IMG/VR virus record: IMGVR_UViG_3300024503_000485
Location: 1 to 64,000 of that record
Direction: 5' to 3' (one strand)
Length of the DNA stretch: 64,000 bases
The position numbers were made by a program, and so were the translations under genes. The notes beneath the pieces were generated by a model. That model made no database searches and was not told the DNA's origin. It was given only the letters and a program-made list of their open reading frames with translations. Below, one piece after another: positions 1 through 10,067 of this stretch (positions are counted from its first letter, which is position 1; each line of letters opens with the position of its first letter).

Positions 1-513
1 CATGTCGCGAGCAAACTCTTCGTAGGTCTTACCTTTTGAATTATGCTTAACATAAATCTCAGTAAGATTCTTTTTCATTTTTAAAATCTCTTCTGCTTGA
101 ATTTGAATATCTGTAGCTTGACCACGGGCGCCGCCGCTGGGTTGATGAATCATGTGACGAGCGTTTGGCAACATATAACGTTTACCTTCTGCTCCTGCTT
201 GTGCTAACAAACTTCCCATTGAACAAGCCTGTCCCATAACGTAGGTAGCCACAGGGCATTTAATAAACTGCATTGTGTCATAAATGCTCATGCCTGCTGT
301 AACAACACCACCTGGGCTATTAATAAACAGACTAATTTCTTTATCTGGATTTTCGCTTTCTAAAAATAATAGTTGTGCAACTACAATATTTGCCATGTGG
401 TCTTCAACTTCACCTGTTAACATGACAATACGCTCTTTAAGTAATCTGCTATAGATATCGTATGCACGTTCGCCTTTTGATGTAGACTCAACTACCATTG
501 GTACTAAACTCAT
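1..513 (-). CDS. clpP: ATP-dependent Clp protease proteolytic subunit (3' end runs off window)
   Basis: Manual translation from ATG at 513: [32 protein letters not shown]...[22 protein letters not shown]...[10 protein letters not shown]...[10 protein letters not shown]; catalytic Ser and His motifs present. Confidence 0.95.
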   Translation of the reverse strand, partial: MSLVPMVVESTSKGERAYDIYSRLLKERIVMLTGEVEDHMANIVVAQLLFLESENPDKEISLFINSPGGVVTAGMSIYDTMQFIKCPVATYVMGQACSMGSLLAQAGAEGKRYMLPNARHMIHQPSGGARGQATDIQIQAEEILKMKKNLTEIYVKHNSKGKTYEEFARDM

Positions 514-1449
514 TTATGCTTCCTTAATGTTAGAAATATTTTTTAGTTTAAGCTCTTCCATTAGGTCCGTCAACCATCGTAATACCTTTACATTTGGTTT
601 ATAACCCAGTTCGGCTAATCTTGTAATATCTGCTTCTGTATTTGCTACTGCTCCAACACGTGGCGGAACAACTATTTGTCTATGACTAATAATGTCTGCC
701 AATTGTTTGATACTTACAGATTGGCCTGATCCTAAATTGAATACGTCTCCGTGTTCACCGTACTCTAGAACAATCATAAGACCTTTGATAACATCACTAA
801 CATGAACAAAGTCTCTGCGTTGATCACCACCGCCGTGTAACAACAACGGTTGATTGGTTTCCCAGGCAGAAATAAACTTTGGAATCACTAATGCGTTTTT
901 GCCAAAGTCCATAAAGTCTCCGTACATGGTAAAAGGTCTTATTATTATTAATTCTGTATCCCCAACAAGACTCTGCACGTGAAGTGCCCATTCTGCAGAC
1001 ATCTTGCTCACAGCATAAGGATTGGTTGGCATCAATTGGCTATCTTCTCGTTGTTTGATTGTACCGTTGTTTCCATACACTGAGCTAGAACTTATATAAA
1101 CAAATTTCCTTACACCCATAGTTTGGCATAAACTAAAAAATTTATGTGTTGCTGTTATGTTTACATTATAGTATTCAGCGTACTCATTCCAACTAGGATC
1201 AATCCTAGATCGATTGGCCATATGAACAACAACATCAACTTCTTTAAGATGTTCTTTTAAAACTGGAATATCTTCTGTTATATCGCAATAATGTATTTGA
1301 TTATTGTGCGACCACCCTTCTCGAACACTTTGGTCCCATAAGAACGGAGGTTTATCAATCAATACCGTTTCGTCAAACATTTGTTTTAAGAATGGGGTAG
1401 CATTGCGTCCAAGAAACCCATTTGCTCCAGTGATCATTAATTTGCTCAT
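514..1449 (-). CDS. NAD-dependent epimerase/dehydratase (extended SDR)
   Basis: TGANGFLG Rossmann motif, SSSSVYG, YAVSK (YxxxK). Confidence 0.9.
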   Translation of the reverse strand: MSKLMITGANGFLGRNATPFLKQMFDETVLIDKPPFLWDQSVREGWSHNNQIHYCDITEDIPVLKEHLKEVDVVVHMANRSRIDPSWNEYAEYYNVNITATHKFFSLCQTMGVRKFVYISSSSVYGNNGTIKQREDSQLMPTNPYAVSKMSAEWALHVQSLVGDTELIIIRPFTMYGDFMDFGKNALVIPKFISAWETNQPLLLHGGGDQRRDFVHVSDVIKGLMIVLEYGEHGDVFNLGSGQSVSIKQLADIISHRQIVVPPRVGAVANTEADITRLAELGYKPNVKVLRWLTDLMEELKLKNISNIKEA

Positions 1450-1545
1450 ATATTAATTTATTTGTCAATGACTTGATTTTTTAGTAATCTGAGCATATAA
1501 TACATTCTCGGCGTTAAATACACTTTGTTAACCAAAAGTAAAAAA

Positions 1546-2064
1546 ATGAGTACCCTACTATTAAATGCAGACATGCAACCAATTAGCCTACTTCCGCTAT
1601 CTTGTGTAGATTGGCAGGAAGCCATTCGCTATATGGTTTTGGACAAGGCCGAAGTCCTTGAGTGGTATGACGACTGGATTGTTCATTCAGCTCGTTGGGA
1701 AACTAAAGTTCCTGCTGTACTAATGCTCAAGGAATATCAAAAGCCTAAGAACACAATGCGCTTATCTAAGCGTAATGTATTCTTGCGAGACCAATATACT
1801 TGCCAATACTGCGGTACAGAAGTAACAGATCAAACTGCTACTTTGGACCATGTACATCCTGTGTCAAAAGGAGGTAAGACCACTTGGGAAAACTCTACAA
1901 CTGCATGTAAGCCTTGCAACTATAAAAAGGCTGCTCATGTAGGTAAGATGAAACCAAAATTGTCTCCATACAAACCCCACTTTTGGGATCTAGTTGAAAA
2001 GAGAAAACTAAAAGGTTTTCACTTACATCATCCAAGCTGGGCATCTTATTTGGGTGTTGAATGA
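1546..2064 (+). CDS. HNH endonuclease (McrA-like)
   Basis: RDQYTCQYCG...TLDHVHPVSKGGKTTWENSTTACKPCNYKK; ATG at 1546 preferred over TTG at 1525. Confidence 0.9.
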   Translation: MSTLLLNADMQPISLLPLSCVDWQEAIRYMVLDKAEVLEWYDDWIVHSARWETKVPAVLMLKEYQKPKNTMRLSKRNVFLRDQYTCQYCGTEVTDQTATLDHVHPVSKGGKTTWENSTTACKPCNYKKAAHVGKMKPKLSPYKPHFWDLVEKRKLKGFHLHHPSWASYLGVE

Positions 2065-2651
2065 CTCCGATCAGTCTATCTCCAGCGGTTGTATGGAAAG
2101 GCCATTATTCTGGTGACCTAAGTGAGTTGGTTAAACGAGCTTCTCATAAACTCAAAACTGGATCACAACTTAATAACAGAGTAGAACGGGACGGAGGGAT
2201 AAGTTCTTCCTCCGATCCCGATGCGCCTCACTACTGGGAAGAATCAAACGATTTTCTTGTTTGGGCGGGACCAATGATAGAAAAAGTTTGGGCTGAATGG
2301 CAACTTCCAAAATGTGACTTATCAATAAGCTCTAGTTGGGTTAACCTTCATCCTTTTAACGGATGGACTGACGAACACACTCACGGTAGTGTTCCGTTGG
2401 TCTGCGTTTTATATGTTGAACAACCTGCCAACGGTGGAAACTTAGAAATTTTTGATCCAATGTTTCATATTTGGAGCGGAAGTCTTAGAGTTGAGCTTCC
2501 TTGGAAAGAAGTTGAAGTCCAAACGGGAGATGTATTAATGTTCCCAGGTTGGATGCTACATAAAACTCAAAAAAACAACTCAAACGATGATCGGATCGTT
2601 ATGAGTATAAACATTAGCCCAAATCCTCACACATTCCATAGAACATTTTAG
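2061..2651 (+). CDS. putative 2OG-Fe(II) oxygenase (TIGR02466-like)
   Basis: SWVN...HTHG...VLYV...GNLEI...GDVLMFPGWMLH...RIVMSINI. Confidence 0.8.
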   Translation: MTPISLSPAVVWKGHYSGDLSELVKRASHKLKTGSQLNNRVERDGGISSSSDPDAPHYWEESNDFLVWAGPMIEKVWAEWQLPKCDLSISSSWVNLHPFNGWTDEHTHGSVPLVCVLYVEQPANGGNLEIFDPMFHIWSGSLRVELPWKEVEVQTGDVLMFPGWMLHKTQKNNSNDDRIVMSINISPNPHTFHRTF

Positions 2652-2652
2652 G

Positions 2653-2681
2653 TTGACATCTGTATTTTCCTGTGTTATACT
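2653..2681 (+). promoter_or_regulatory. sigma70-type promoter
   Basis: TTGACA-17-TATACT with extended TG. Confidence 0.8.
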
Positions 2682-2713
2682 AGTAACATAGTAAACTTCG
2701 TATAGGGAGATAT

Positions 2714-2890
2714 ATGGATACACTTTTAATGTTATGGGTTTTGGCTTGGGGCAACAATGCTTATAATGAGTTGACAGAACCTCCGCCCGAAGTTATAATA
2801 ACAAAGTTACCTGTATCGCCTGAATTGTATTACCCAGACCTCACAAATGAAGATATGTGGGACCCAAACTGGATCAACAAGAAAGTTTAA
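2714..2890 (+). CDS. small hypothetical protein (58 aa, not in ORF track)
   Basis: GGGAGA RBS then ATG 2714; MDTLLMLWVLAWG... Confidence 0.6.
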   Translation: MDTLLMLWVLAWGNNAYNELTEPPPEVIITKLPVSPELYYPDLTNEDMWDPNWINKKV

Positions 2891-2891
2891 A

Positions 2892-3245
2892 ATGCGTTAT
2901 ATATTAGCATCTTGGGATCGCGAAGGATTCGAATGTTTAGAAGACATTACTTCTAAGCATCCGGACATTTGGGAAAAAAACCAAATCATCGAAGTGCTCA
3001 AAGGCAACGAACTCCGAACAAATCCGTTGGCACAACAAATCGGACACATGACTCTTCGTGCTCGTTTCAATTCGCAACGTTGTTATGAAATCTATGTGTT
3101 CACCACAGAAGATGATATAGAATTTAAAGATGTAGAAGATTGGATGATTGCTGATCCACAAAGTTTAGTTAATTGGATTCGTGTTAATCACTATGCCAAA
3201 ATCTACTCGGACTATCACCCCAACCACAAACCTGTAATTGTTTAA
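2892..3245 (+). CDS. hypothetical phage protein
   Basis: ORF packs directly after upstream stop; start reassigned to ATG 2892. Confidence 0.65.
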   Translation: MRYILASWDREGFECLEDITSKHPDIWEKNQIIEVLKGNELRTNPLAQQIGHMTLRARFNSQRCYEIYVFTTEDDIEFKDVEDWMIADPQSLVNWIRVNHYAKIYSDYHPNHKPVIV

Positions 3246-3253
3246 GGACTTAT

Positions 3254-4576
3254 ATGCGAACACAACCACAAGTTATTATTCAGCGTCTTGAAGCAGACAA
3301 TAGCCGTCTAGCTAAAGAAGCTGTTATTGCTGATGCTATGACCGAAGGCTTAGATGAGTTCTTCGAAGGCGTAAAAATGGCGTTAGACAATCTTTATACA
3401 TTTGGTGTTAAACAGGTCCCTACATCAGACAAAGATGGACAGGGACTAAGTTGGGATAACTTTAAACAACTGGCAGAGAGTTTATATCGTCGTGAGCTCA
3501 CCGGTCATGCCGCACGTGATGCTATCCAATTGGCTATGGATGTGGCAACCAAAGATCAATGGAATGATTTTTATCGTCGTATTCTTATTAAAGATCTGCG
3601 CTGTGGTGTTAGCGAAAAGACCGTTAACTCTGTAGCAAAGAAACAAAAGAAATTAGAATATGCTGTGCCAGTATTTGAATGCCAGCTTAGCCACGATAGT
3701 GCTAATCACGAAAGCAAACTTACAGGTAAGAAAATTGTAGAGCGTAAGTTAGATGGTGTTCGTTGTTTAACGGTAATTGATTATGAACAACGCACCGTGA
3801 CACAATATACACGTAATGGTAAAGTCCTTGAAAACTTTAAACACATTACCGATTATCTGCAAAATTATATTGACGAGTTTGGTCGTTCATATGTATTAGA
3901 CGGCGAAATTATGAGCAATTCGTTTCAAGATTTAATGAAACAAGTTCATCGTAAAGACAATGTAAATGCGTCTGATGCTGTTCTCAATTTGTTTGATATT
4001 GTACCATTAGTGGAATTCAAACAAGGCAAGAGTACATTAGGTCAACGTCGTCGTAGTGCTTTCCTAAAAAATTGGGAAAACATCTTTAATGATTCGGGTT
4101 TTATAACCATTGTGCCTCAACGAGAATTCAATCTTGATGTGTTCACAGACGAAATTGATTTCAAAGACTACATGAAAGAAATGGTCGAGGCAGGCTATGA
4201 AGGCGTAATGATCAAAGATCCTGATGCCAAATATGAATGTAAACGTAGTACCTCTTGGCTTAAGATGAAACCGTTTATTGAAGTTAGTCTATCAGTTACG
4301 TCAGTAGAAGAAGGAACAGGACGTAATGTAGGCAAGTTAGGTGCTATTGTTTGTGAAGGTGTAGATGATGGTAAAAGGATTGTGGTCAATTGTGGTTCGG
4401 GTTTTACAGACGAACAAAGAGCAGAATTCTGGGAAGCTAAGGATACGCTCATTGGGCAGGTCGTGGAAGTCCGTGCAGATGCAGCGACTCGGAGCCAGGA
4501 TAGCGAAGATACGTGGTCGCTACGTTTTCCACGATTCCTCCGGTTCCGTGGATTTACAAAAGGTGAAAAACTCTAA
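3254..4576 (+). CDS. ATP-dependent DNA ligase
   Basis: KLDGVR (motif I), LDGEI, FDI, EGVMIK, WLKMKP, SLRFPRF; T4 gp30-like layout. Confidence 0.95.
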   Translation: MRTQPQVIIQRLEADNSRLAKEAVIADAMTEGLDEFFEGVKMALDNLYTFGVKQVPTSDKDGQGLSWDNFKQLAESLYRRELTGHAARDAIQLAMDVATKDQWNDFYRRILIKDLRCGVSEKTVNSVAKKQKKLEYAVPVFECQLSHDSANHESKLTGKKIVERKLDGVRCLTVIDYEQRTVTQYTRNGKVLENFKHITDYLQNYIDEFGRSYVLDGEIMSNSFQDLMKQVHRKDNVNASDAVLNLFDIVPLVEFKQGKSTLGQRRRSAFLKNWENIFNDSGFITIVPQREFNLDVFTDEIDFKDYMKEMVEAGYEGVMIKDPDAKYECKRSTSWLKMKPFIEVSLSVTSVEEGTGRNVGKLGAIVCEGVDDGKRIVVNCGSGFTDEQRAEFWEAKDTLIGQVVEVRADAATRSQDSEDTWSLRFPRFLRFRGFTKGEKL

Positions 4577-4577
4577 G

Positions 4578-4817
4578 ATGCAAAAAGGTGCTATTAAAGA
4601 TCTAATCTATGGTGGTTTGGAAGAGATCTTAAACAACAGAAACTACTACTATCACTCCAGTGTGGGTGCTGCCTACAGCCATTTAACCGAGGACGGTAAA
4701 GTGGCAGTCGTTGAGTTTATGGACTTGATGTCGTGGAAGATCAAAGAAGCCAACGAAGCAGATCTAGAACGTAGAGCCAAACAACAAGTATTAGATCAAC
4801 TTAAAAAGAAAGATTAA
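4578..4817 (+). CDS. hypothetical protein
   Basis: ATG immediately after ligase stop, translationally coupled to next gene. Confidence 0.6.
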   Translation: MQKGAIKDLIYGGLEEILNNRNYYYHSSVGAAYSHLTEDGKVAVVEFMDLMSWKIKEANEADLERRAKQQVLDQLKKKD

Positions 4818-5488
4818 TGGACATAAAATTTTACTGCACCGATCCTGCCGTTGTAGAACATTTTTCTCCGCAGCCGGCAAATAAAGTTATACCACAATGG
4901 TATAAAGACCTGCCTGTTGACATTTTAGATCGTTGGGGGAAACTTGATGTGCCTAGTGCAAAACAATGTGTTCCTTTGCAGGATATGATTACCTCTGGGT
5001 ATATTTTATTCAATAGTTTTGATATAGAATTATATCCTAATATGATCGAAGGGATTGAAGATTACAAAGTTCGAACACCATCTAGAGAACACGTAAGCAG
5101 TCATCCGCACAAACAATGTCCTGTTCACATTGACGGGAAAAAGAAAAACTATATTAAAATTGTAAACGAATGGCTTGTTCGGACGCCTCCGGGCTATAGC
5201 TGTTTGTTTATACAACCATTTTACCATTTTGAAGAAAACTTCAAATTGTTGCCTGCTATTGTTGATACAGATACATTTGATATTCCAGTTCAATTTCCGG
5301 GATATCTAACAGGTAAACATGAGTGCTATACTATCAAATCAGGTACTCCGTTAATGCAGGTTATTCCTTTTAAAAGAGAAGATTGGAATATGAGTGTTGA
5401 GCTTAAACAACCTCAAAAAAGTTTCTTAGAATTTTCTTTTTCAAATACTTATAGAAGTATTTTTCATCGTAAGAAACATTACAAATGA
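4817..5488 (+). CDS. hypothetical protein (beta-rich, KxCxPxxD...GY family seen in aquatic T4-like phages)
   Basis: SAKQCVPLQDMITSGY, WLVRTPPGYSCLFIQPF, GTPLMQVIPFKRE. Confidence 0.6.
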   Translation: MDIKFYCTDPAVVEHFSPQPANKVIPQWYKDLPVDILDRWGKLDVPSAKQCVPLQDMITSGYILFNSFDIELYPNMIEGIEDYKVRTPSREHVSSHPHKQCPVHIDGKKKNYIKIVNEWLVRTPPGYSCLFIQPFYHFEENFKLLPAIVDTDTFDIPVQFPGYLTGKHECYTIKSGTPLMQVIPFKREDWNMSVELKQPQKSFLEFSFSNTYRSIFHRKKHYK

Positions 5489-5715
5489 CAATTAGCTACA
5501 TTCCAAATTACACTATAGAAAACACTACTATCAGTGTAAACGAGAACGCATATAATACCATTCAATGCTATGCTGGCGGTGCTGAAATGCTTCGTGTTGC
5601 TAAAGATGGATTTTATGTTCGTGGAGTAAAAGTGCCACAGGATGATAAAGAAGCAGAAACCGTGTACAATGCATTCAAGGCATTTTTAATGTGGTCAGAA
5701 CTTAATAGGAGATGA
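5485..5715 (+). CDS. hypothetical protein
   Basis: ATGA overlap with upstream gene. Confidence 0.6.
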   Translation: MTISYIPNYTIENTTISVNENAYNTIQCYAGGAEMLRVAKDGFYVRGVKVPQDDKEAETVYNAFKAFLMWSELNRR

Positions 5716-5716
5716 T

Positions 5717-5896
5717 ATGAGTGGACGTGGATTTATTGCAGAAGAACTGCCAACCGTTTGTGAAATGTGCGGAAAGATAGACGAATGTCGTCCCTATGGT
5801 CCAAACGATGAGCAAATTTGTTTTGAGTGTGCTATGAAAGACGAAGAAACAACTCAAAAGAAAATGGCTGCTTATATTTTCGGAGTTGAAGAATGA
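5717..5896 (+). CDS. small zinc-ribbon protein (not in ORF track)
   Basis: CEMCG...CFEC motifs; AGGAG RBS. Confidence 0.65.
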   Translation: MSGRGFIAEELPTVCEMCGKIDECRPYGPNDEQICFECAMKDEETTQKKMAAYIFGVEE

Positions 5897-6069
5897 TTAG
5901 ACTAGTATTGGTATTTGCTTTTTTGGCAGCAGTCATCCATTTTACCATTACAACTTGGAGAAACATGACCGGAAAGGAACGTTGGTCGTTGACAAAAACT
6001 CTAGGTTATAGTATAATTGTTTCACTGCTAGCAATAGTGGTAATGATGTTTATCGTAGTTTTATTTTAA
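5893..6069 (+). CDS. small two-TM membrane protein (not in ORF track)
   Basis: MIRLVLVFAFLAAVIHF...IIVSLLAIVVMMFIVVLF; ATGA overlap. Confidence 0.6.
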   Translation: MIRLVLVFAFLAAVIHFTITTWRNMTGKERWSLTKTLGYSIIVSLLAIVVMMFIVVLF

Positions 6070-6080
6070 GGACACACACA

Positions 6081-6875
6081 ATGAAGCGTATTGCAACTCT
6101 TTCTATCCTTGCCGCGGCTATTTTGGCCACTGGCTGTACTCGTATTGAAACTGGTGAAGTTGGTCTGCGGGTCGGCTTTGACAAACAAGTTAAGAATGAT
6201 GAGCTCTTGCCTGGCAGTTTTAATCAAACCATTATTGGAGATGTTCTTACATTCCCGGTTAAGGATGTTAACGTCAAACTGGATGACATGACTCCTATTG
6301 CCAAAGATAACAGCACAATGAAAGACTTTGATGCTATTGTTATCTATAGTTTGAACCAAGCACAGGTAGCAGAACTTTACAATACAAAAAGCAAAGCATT
6401 TCACGTTAAACATGACGGTGATACTTATCTAATGTTTAATTACATTTACAATGCTGCTCGTAATGCTATCTACAAAGAAGCACGTAAGTATGAAGCATTG
6501 GACATGGCGGACAATCGTCAGCAAATGGAAACTGCTATTAAAGAACAAATCCAAAAAACTCTTGTAGAAGAAAAATTGGATGGTTCAATTACTATTACAC
6601 AAGTTCTTGTTCGTAATGTTGTGCCAGCAGACTCCGTTGTAGAATCAGCCAATGCTCTTGTTCGTGCAAAGAATGAGTTCAAACAAAAAGAAGTTGAAGT
6701 GGCTACTGCTAAGAAAGAAGCAGAGCGTATGCAAGCTCTGAGCAATCAAGGCGCCCAATCAATTGCTTACATGAACGCACAGGCCGCACTTAATATCTCA
6801 GAAGGTATTAAGAACGGTAAGGTACAGACAATTGTTGTTCCTAGCAACATGACTGGTTTGATGATTAACAAGTAA
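6081..6875 (+). CDS. SPFH/band-7 (prohibitin/HflC-like) lipoprotein
   Basis: Lipobox LATGC; IETGEVGLRVGF; C-terminal Ala/Glu coiled coil AKKEAERMQAL; AAGGA RBS. Confidence 0.85.
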   Translation: MKRIATLSILAAAILATGCTRIETGEVGLRVGFDKQVKNDELLPGSFNQTIIGDVLTFPVKDVNVKLDDMTPIAKDNSTMKDFDAIVIYSLNQAQVAELYNTKSKAFHVKHDGDTYLMFNYIYNAARNAIYKEARKYEALDMADNRQQMETAIKEQIQKTLVEEKLDGSITITQVLVRNVVPADSVVESANALVRAKNEFKQKEVEVATAKKEAERMQALSNQGAQSIAYMNAQAALNISEGIKNGKVQTIVVPSNMTGLMINK

Positions 6876-7393
6876 TGAAGATCTTCGGACGCTCAGGGGG
6901 CTACTACTTATTTTGGTGTAGTGCCCTCTACCTAGTGATAGGTATGCTAGATATATTTTTTATCGAAGCAGACCTATCACCGCAAATACAGATAGCATGG
7001 TTATCTGTTCTAGTTGCTCCCTTTGTGTTTCCACCCTGGGGGCGTTGGTTTAATTTAGATATAAATTGGGATAAGAAAATGTTCAATTTGTTTGGCAAAA
7101 AAGATAAAGGCAATGTTGTAGACTTTCCTAAACTGGTAGAGCCTACAGAACCTAAACCAGAACCCAAAAAAGAAGAACCTGCTAAGATTTTTTATCGCCT
7201 GGGCCTAACTGACAACAACCGTGTTAGTTTCCAAATGGGCTACAGCGAGATTACCATGAATAAGGCAGGTTGTCAACAAATGATTGATCAACTTGAATTC
7301 TTTAAAGGTCAACTCTACGACGACAACGACACAACCCCGCCCGATCCAGACGGCGGTGAACCAGTTCCAGTTCCAGAACAAAAGGCTGCGTGA
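6875..7393 (+). CDS. membrane-anchored hypothetical protein
   Basis: Two hydrophobic N-terminal segments, Pro-rich linker. Confidence 0.6.
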   Translation: MKIFGRSGGYYLFWCSALYLVIGMLDIFFIEADLSPQIQIAWLSVLVAPFVFPPWGRWFNLDINWDKKMFNLFGKKDKGNVVDFPKLVEPTEPKPEPKKEEPAKIFYRLGLTDNNRVSFQMGYSEITMNKAGCQQMIDQLEFFKGQLYDDNDTTPPDPDGGEPVPVPEQKAA

Positions 7394-7507
7394 TGGTTAT
7401 TGAAATCGTGATGTGGGGATTCCTATCAGCTTTTGGCTGGTGGGGAGCCAACCATTATGTAATTGAACCTTACTTTCCTCCACCTATCGAAAAAAAGAAA
7501 GAAGACA

Positions 7508-8182
7508 ATGGGATCGATTCTAAGTGATATTTTTGATGATTGGAGAAACGATGCGTCTTATTACAAGCCGCAACATAAAAACTACAATCAGCCTGTAAAG
7601 ATTATTAGGGTTCCGTGTTGTCACAATGACGATCAAGAACCTGTGTCTATCATTTGTCCAGACATGAAAAACGGGCCATGGATCGCCGGTGGTGCATGTC
7701 TACGCTGGTATCAAGGTCTTCCTGTAGGAGATGCTGATATTGATGTGTTCTGTTCATCTCCTGAACAGGCACAACAAATTATCGATGAGATTAAAAGCTA
7801 CGGTCGTTATTCTACAAAATTTGAAAGTGAAAATGCCACCACGTTAAGCTATCATAGTAAAGATAGTAAGTATTGGACTTTACAGATCATTAAGCGTAGG
7901 TATTTTAAAAACTTACAAGAAGTTATTGATAATTTTGATATTAGTGTTTGTCAAATTGGCACAGGAGGTCAAGAGTGGTTAATGGGTAAAACTACTGCTC
8001 GAGATATTCGTGAGAAAAATCTAAGAATGAACATGCCATTGCAACCAGATGCTGCTAAACGTCTTGCAAAATATTGGACTTATGGTTATCGTCCTGTAGA
8101 CGGTTTGCTTGATTCTGTTCGAAATAATCCTGTAGCAAAACAAGAATTCCAAGTAGATGGAGATTACGAAAATGCGTTCTGA
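7508..8182 (+). CDS. nucleotidyltransferase (CCA/poly(A) polymerase head-like)
   Basis: WIAGGACLRW...DADIDVF, FDISVCQI; start moved to ATG 7508. Confidence 0.65.
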   Translation: MGSILSDIFDDWRNDASYYKPQHKNYNQPVKIIRVPCCHNDDQEPVSIICPDMKNGPWIAGGACLRWYQGLPVGDADIDVFCSSPEQAQQIIDEIKSYGRYSTKFESENATTLSYHSKDSKYWTLQIIKRRYFKNLQEVIDNFDISVCQIGTGGQEWLMGKTTARDIREKNLRMNMPLQPDAAKRLAKYWTYGYRPVDGLLDSVRNNPVAKQEFQVDGDYENAF

Positions 8183-8552
8183 ACTAAGTTGGAGTGTACT
8201 AGATCCAAAACCGGTTCTATTGTATATTAGAAATTCTGACGAATATATATGTTATTGGAACGGCATTGCTATGACACATACTATGGCTATGAATATGGCT
8301 TTAGAACCGTTTGGTATCTTTGCTACTCCAGAAATGAAAACATCTATGGAACAGGACTATCGAAGAATCTATTATGCAGGAGGTTTCGATACTCGTGCTT
8401 GGGATTTTAAAGTTTCAGAAAGCCCAATATATCCATATGTAAAACGTTTAATGGCTGAACATATTAAAAAGACCATTGCTGAACAAAAACGTCCTATTGC
8501 AGAAGTATTAGGATGGTTTGATTATAGTAGGGCTCGAACAGATAATGATTGA
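8172..8552 (+). CDS. hypothetical protein
   Basis: Coupled ORF, GGAGA RBS. Confidence 0.6.
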   Translation: MRSELSWSVLDPKPVLLYIRNSDEYICYWNGIAMTHTMAMNMALEPFGIFATPEMKTSMEQDYRRIYYAGGFDTRAWDFKVSESPIYPYVKRLMAEHIKKTIAEQKRPIAEVLGWFDYSRARTDND

Positions 8553-9141
8553 AGATATATTTGCTATTTCAATATATAGAACAAAATATAAAGATAACAT
8601 TGTTGAATTACAAAACAATGTTATCCCCCTTCTTGAGCCTGTCTTTGCTGAAACAATTAAAGACAATCAAGGTTCAATGAGGAACGGTGGATTATGCTCT
8701 TATAATGTTGTACGCAATTTACAATCAATGCCCGAACTACAAGGGTTATTAGAATTTTTAACAGAACATGTTAATGCATATTGGCAACATTTAAATTATT
8801 CAGGAAAACCTGCTATTGTTGAGATGTGGGCCAATCGATATGCTCCAGGGTCATTTATCGATACGCACAATCATAGTCCAGTTCCGTTAACATCAAGTTT
8901 TTATCTTAAGAAAAATAAAGATTCGGGCAATCTTGTTTTTGAACACCCAAATGAAGTAATACTTAAACATCAACCATATTCATTTAACAATAGAAGTTCA
9001 TATCACCAGTTGTTTGATTACGAAGTGCCTGTTGAAGAAGGAGACCTTGTTATCTTTCCTTCATATCTAAGACACAAGACTATGCCCAATCAATCTACAG
9101 AAGATAGAATTATTATTGGTACAAACATATTCGCTGTATGA
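8545..9141 (+). CDS. putative 2OG-Fe(II) oxygenase (TIGR02466-like)
   Basis: MWAN...HNH...SSFYL...GNLVF...GDLVIFPSYLRH...RIIIG. Confidence 0.8.
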   Translation: MIEDIFAISIYRTKYKDNIVELQNNVIPLLEPVFAETIKDNQGSMRNGGLCSYNVVRNLQSMPELQGLLEFLTEHVNAYWQHLNYSGKPAIVEMWANRYAPGSFIDTHNHSPVPLTSSFYLKKNKDSGNLVFEHPNEVILKHQPYSFNNRSSYHQLFDYEVPVEEGDLVIFPSYLRHKTMPNQSTEDRIIIGTNIFAV

Positions 9142-9788
9142 TAAGAACTATTGAACCGGATATATTAATGCTCGATCCTGATCAGTGTATGGAATTTTAT
9201 TCTGCACATAGAGAAGGGTTAAGAGAGTTTTTCATTAGTCAGATAGCCACTCACAAAGTACAAGGTGATGTTGCTGATTTAGGATGTGGTCCTGCAGACT
9301 ATTCTTTTGCATTATCTAGAGAATTTAGAAACATTCATATTGATTGTTATGACGGTTCCCCTGCTATGATAGATCTTGCTAGAGAATTTGTTGTTGCAGA
9401 TAATAGACAAATTACATTATACAACAAAATGTTTAGCGATATTGATAAAAAGTATGACTGGATTATATCTACAAATACTCTACATCATTTTCACAACCCA
9501 AATGATTTTTGGAACGTTGTAAAAAACATTTCGAAACCAGGATCGAATGTTTTTGTATTGGATCTAGCTCGACCCGACAGCGAAGATACAATTGAGTATT
9601 ACATAAACACATTTTCTTTTTTAGATGGCGAGAAATTTAAAGAAGATTTTAGAAACTCTTTAAGAGCCGCTTTTACCAAAACCGAATTAGAAGAACAATT
9701 AAAACTAAATGGGCTGACAGGCCTATCTGTACAATCATTTTCATTCCCTTTGGAAGTGTTAATTGTACAAGGAAAGATTGACAACTAA
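9138..9788 (+). CDS. class I SAM-dependent methyltransferase
   Basis: VADLGCGPA, YDGSPAMI, YDWIISTNTLHHF. Confidence 0.9.
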   Translation: MIRTIEPDILMLDPDQCMEFYSAHREGLREFFISQIATHKVQGDVADLGCGPADYSFALSREFRNIHIDCYDGSPAMIDLAREFVVADNRQITLYNKMFSDIDKKYDWIISTNTLHHFHNPNDFWNVVKNISKPGSNVFVLDLARPDSEDTIEYYINTFSFLDGEKFKEDFRNSLRAAFTKTELEEQLKLNGLTGLSVQSFSFPLEVLIVQGKIDN

Positions 9789-9806
9789 TAATAATTCACG
9801 TATAAT
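9778..9806 (+). promoter_or_regulatory. sigma70-type promoter
   Basis: TTGACA-17-TATAAT. Confidence 0.8.
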
Positions 9807-9827
9807 GTAGTTAGAAAGGACACAAAG

Positions 9828-10067
9828 ATGGACATGGATCAAGCAGCAGTTTTTTTGGCTGGATCAATTTTGACGGCTATAGGATTTTTAGTTATACTAG
9901 GAGCAATCTTAATTGCTAATAACCTTATAGCCAAGTACTGGAAGTCTTGGGGTTGGCATTGGATGCCGTGGTGGGCAGGCGAGCCTCAAAGATTTATGAC
10001 TCAAGAAGAAGTAGAGAAAATTGCACCAACATTAAATGACACAAACGACATTAAGGTGAATAAATGA
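9828..10067 (+). CDS. small membrane protein
   Basis: AAGGA RBS; one TM helix. Confidence 0.65.
   Translation: MDMDQAAVFLAGSILTAIGFLVILGAILIANNLIAKYWKSWGWHWMPWWAGEPQRFMTQEEVEKIAPTLNDTNDIKVNK

Noticed and set aside
1546-2064. HNH as an intron-encoded homing endonuclease
   Set aside because: Free-standing between intact genes; no interrupted host gene or intron core seen
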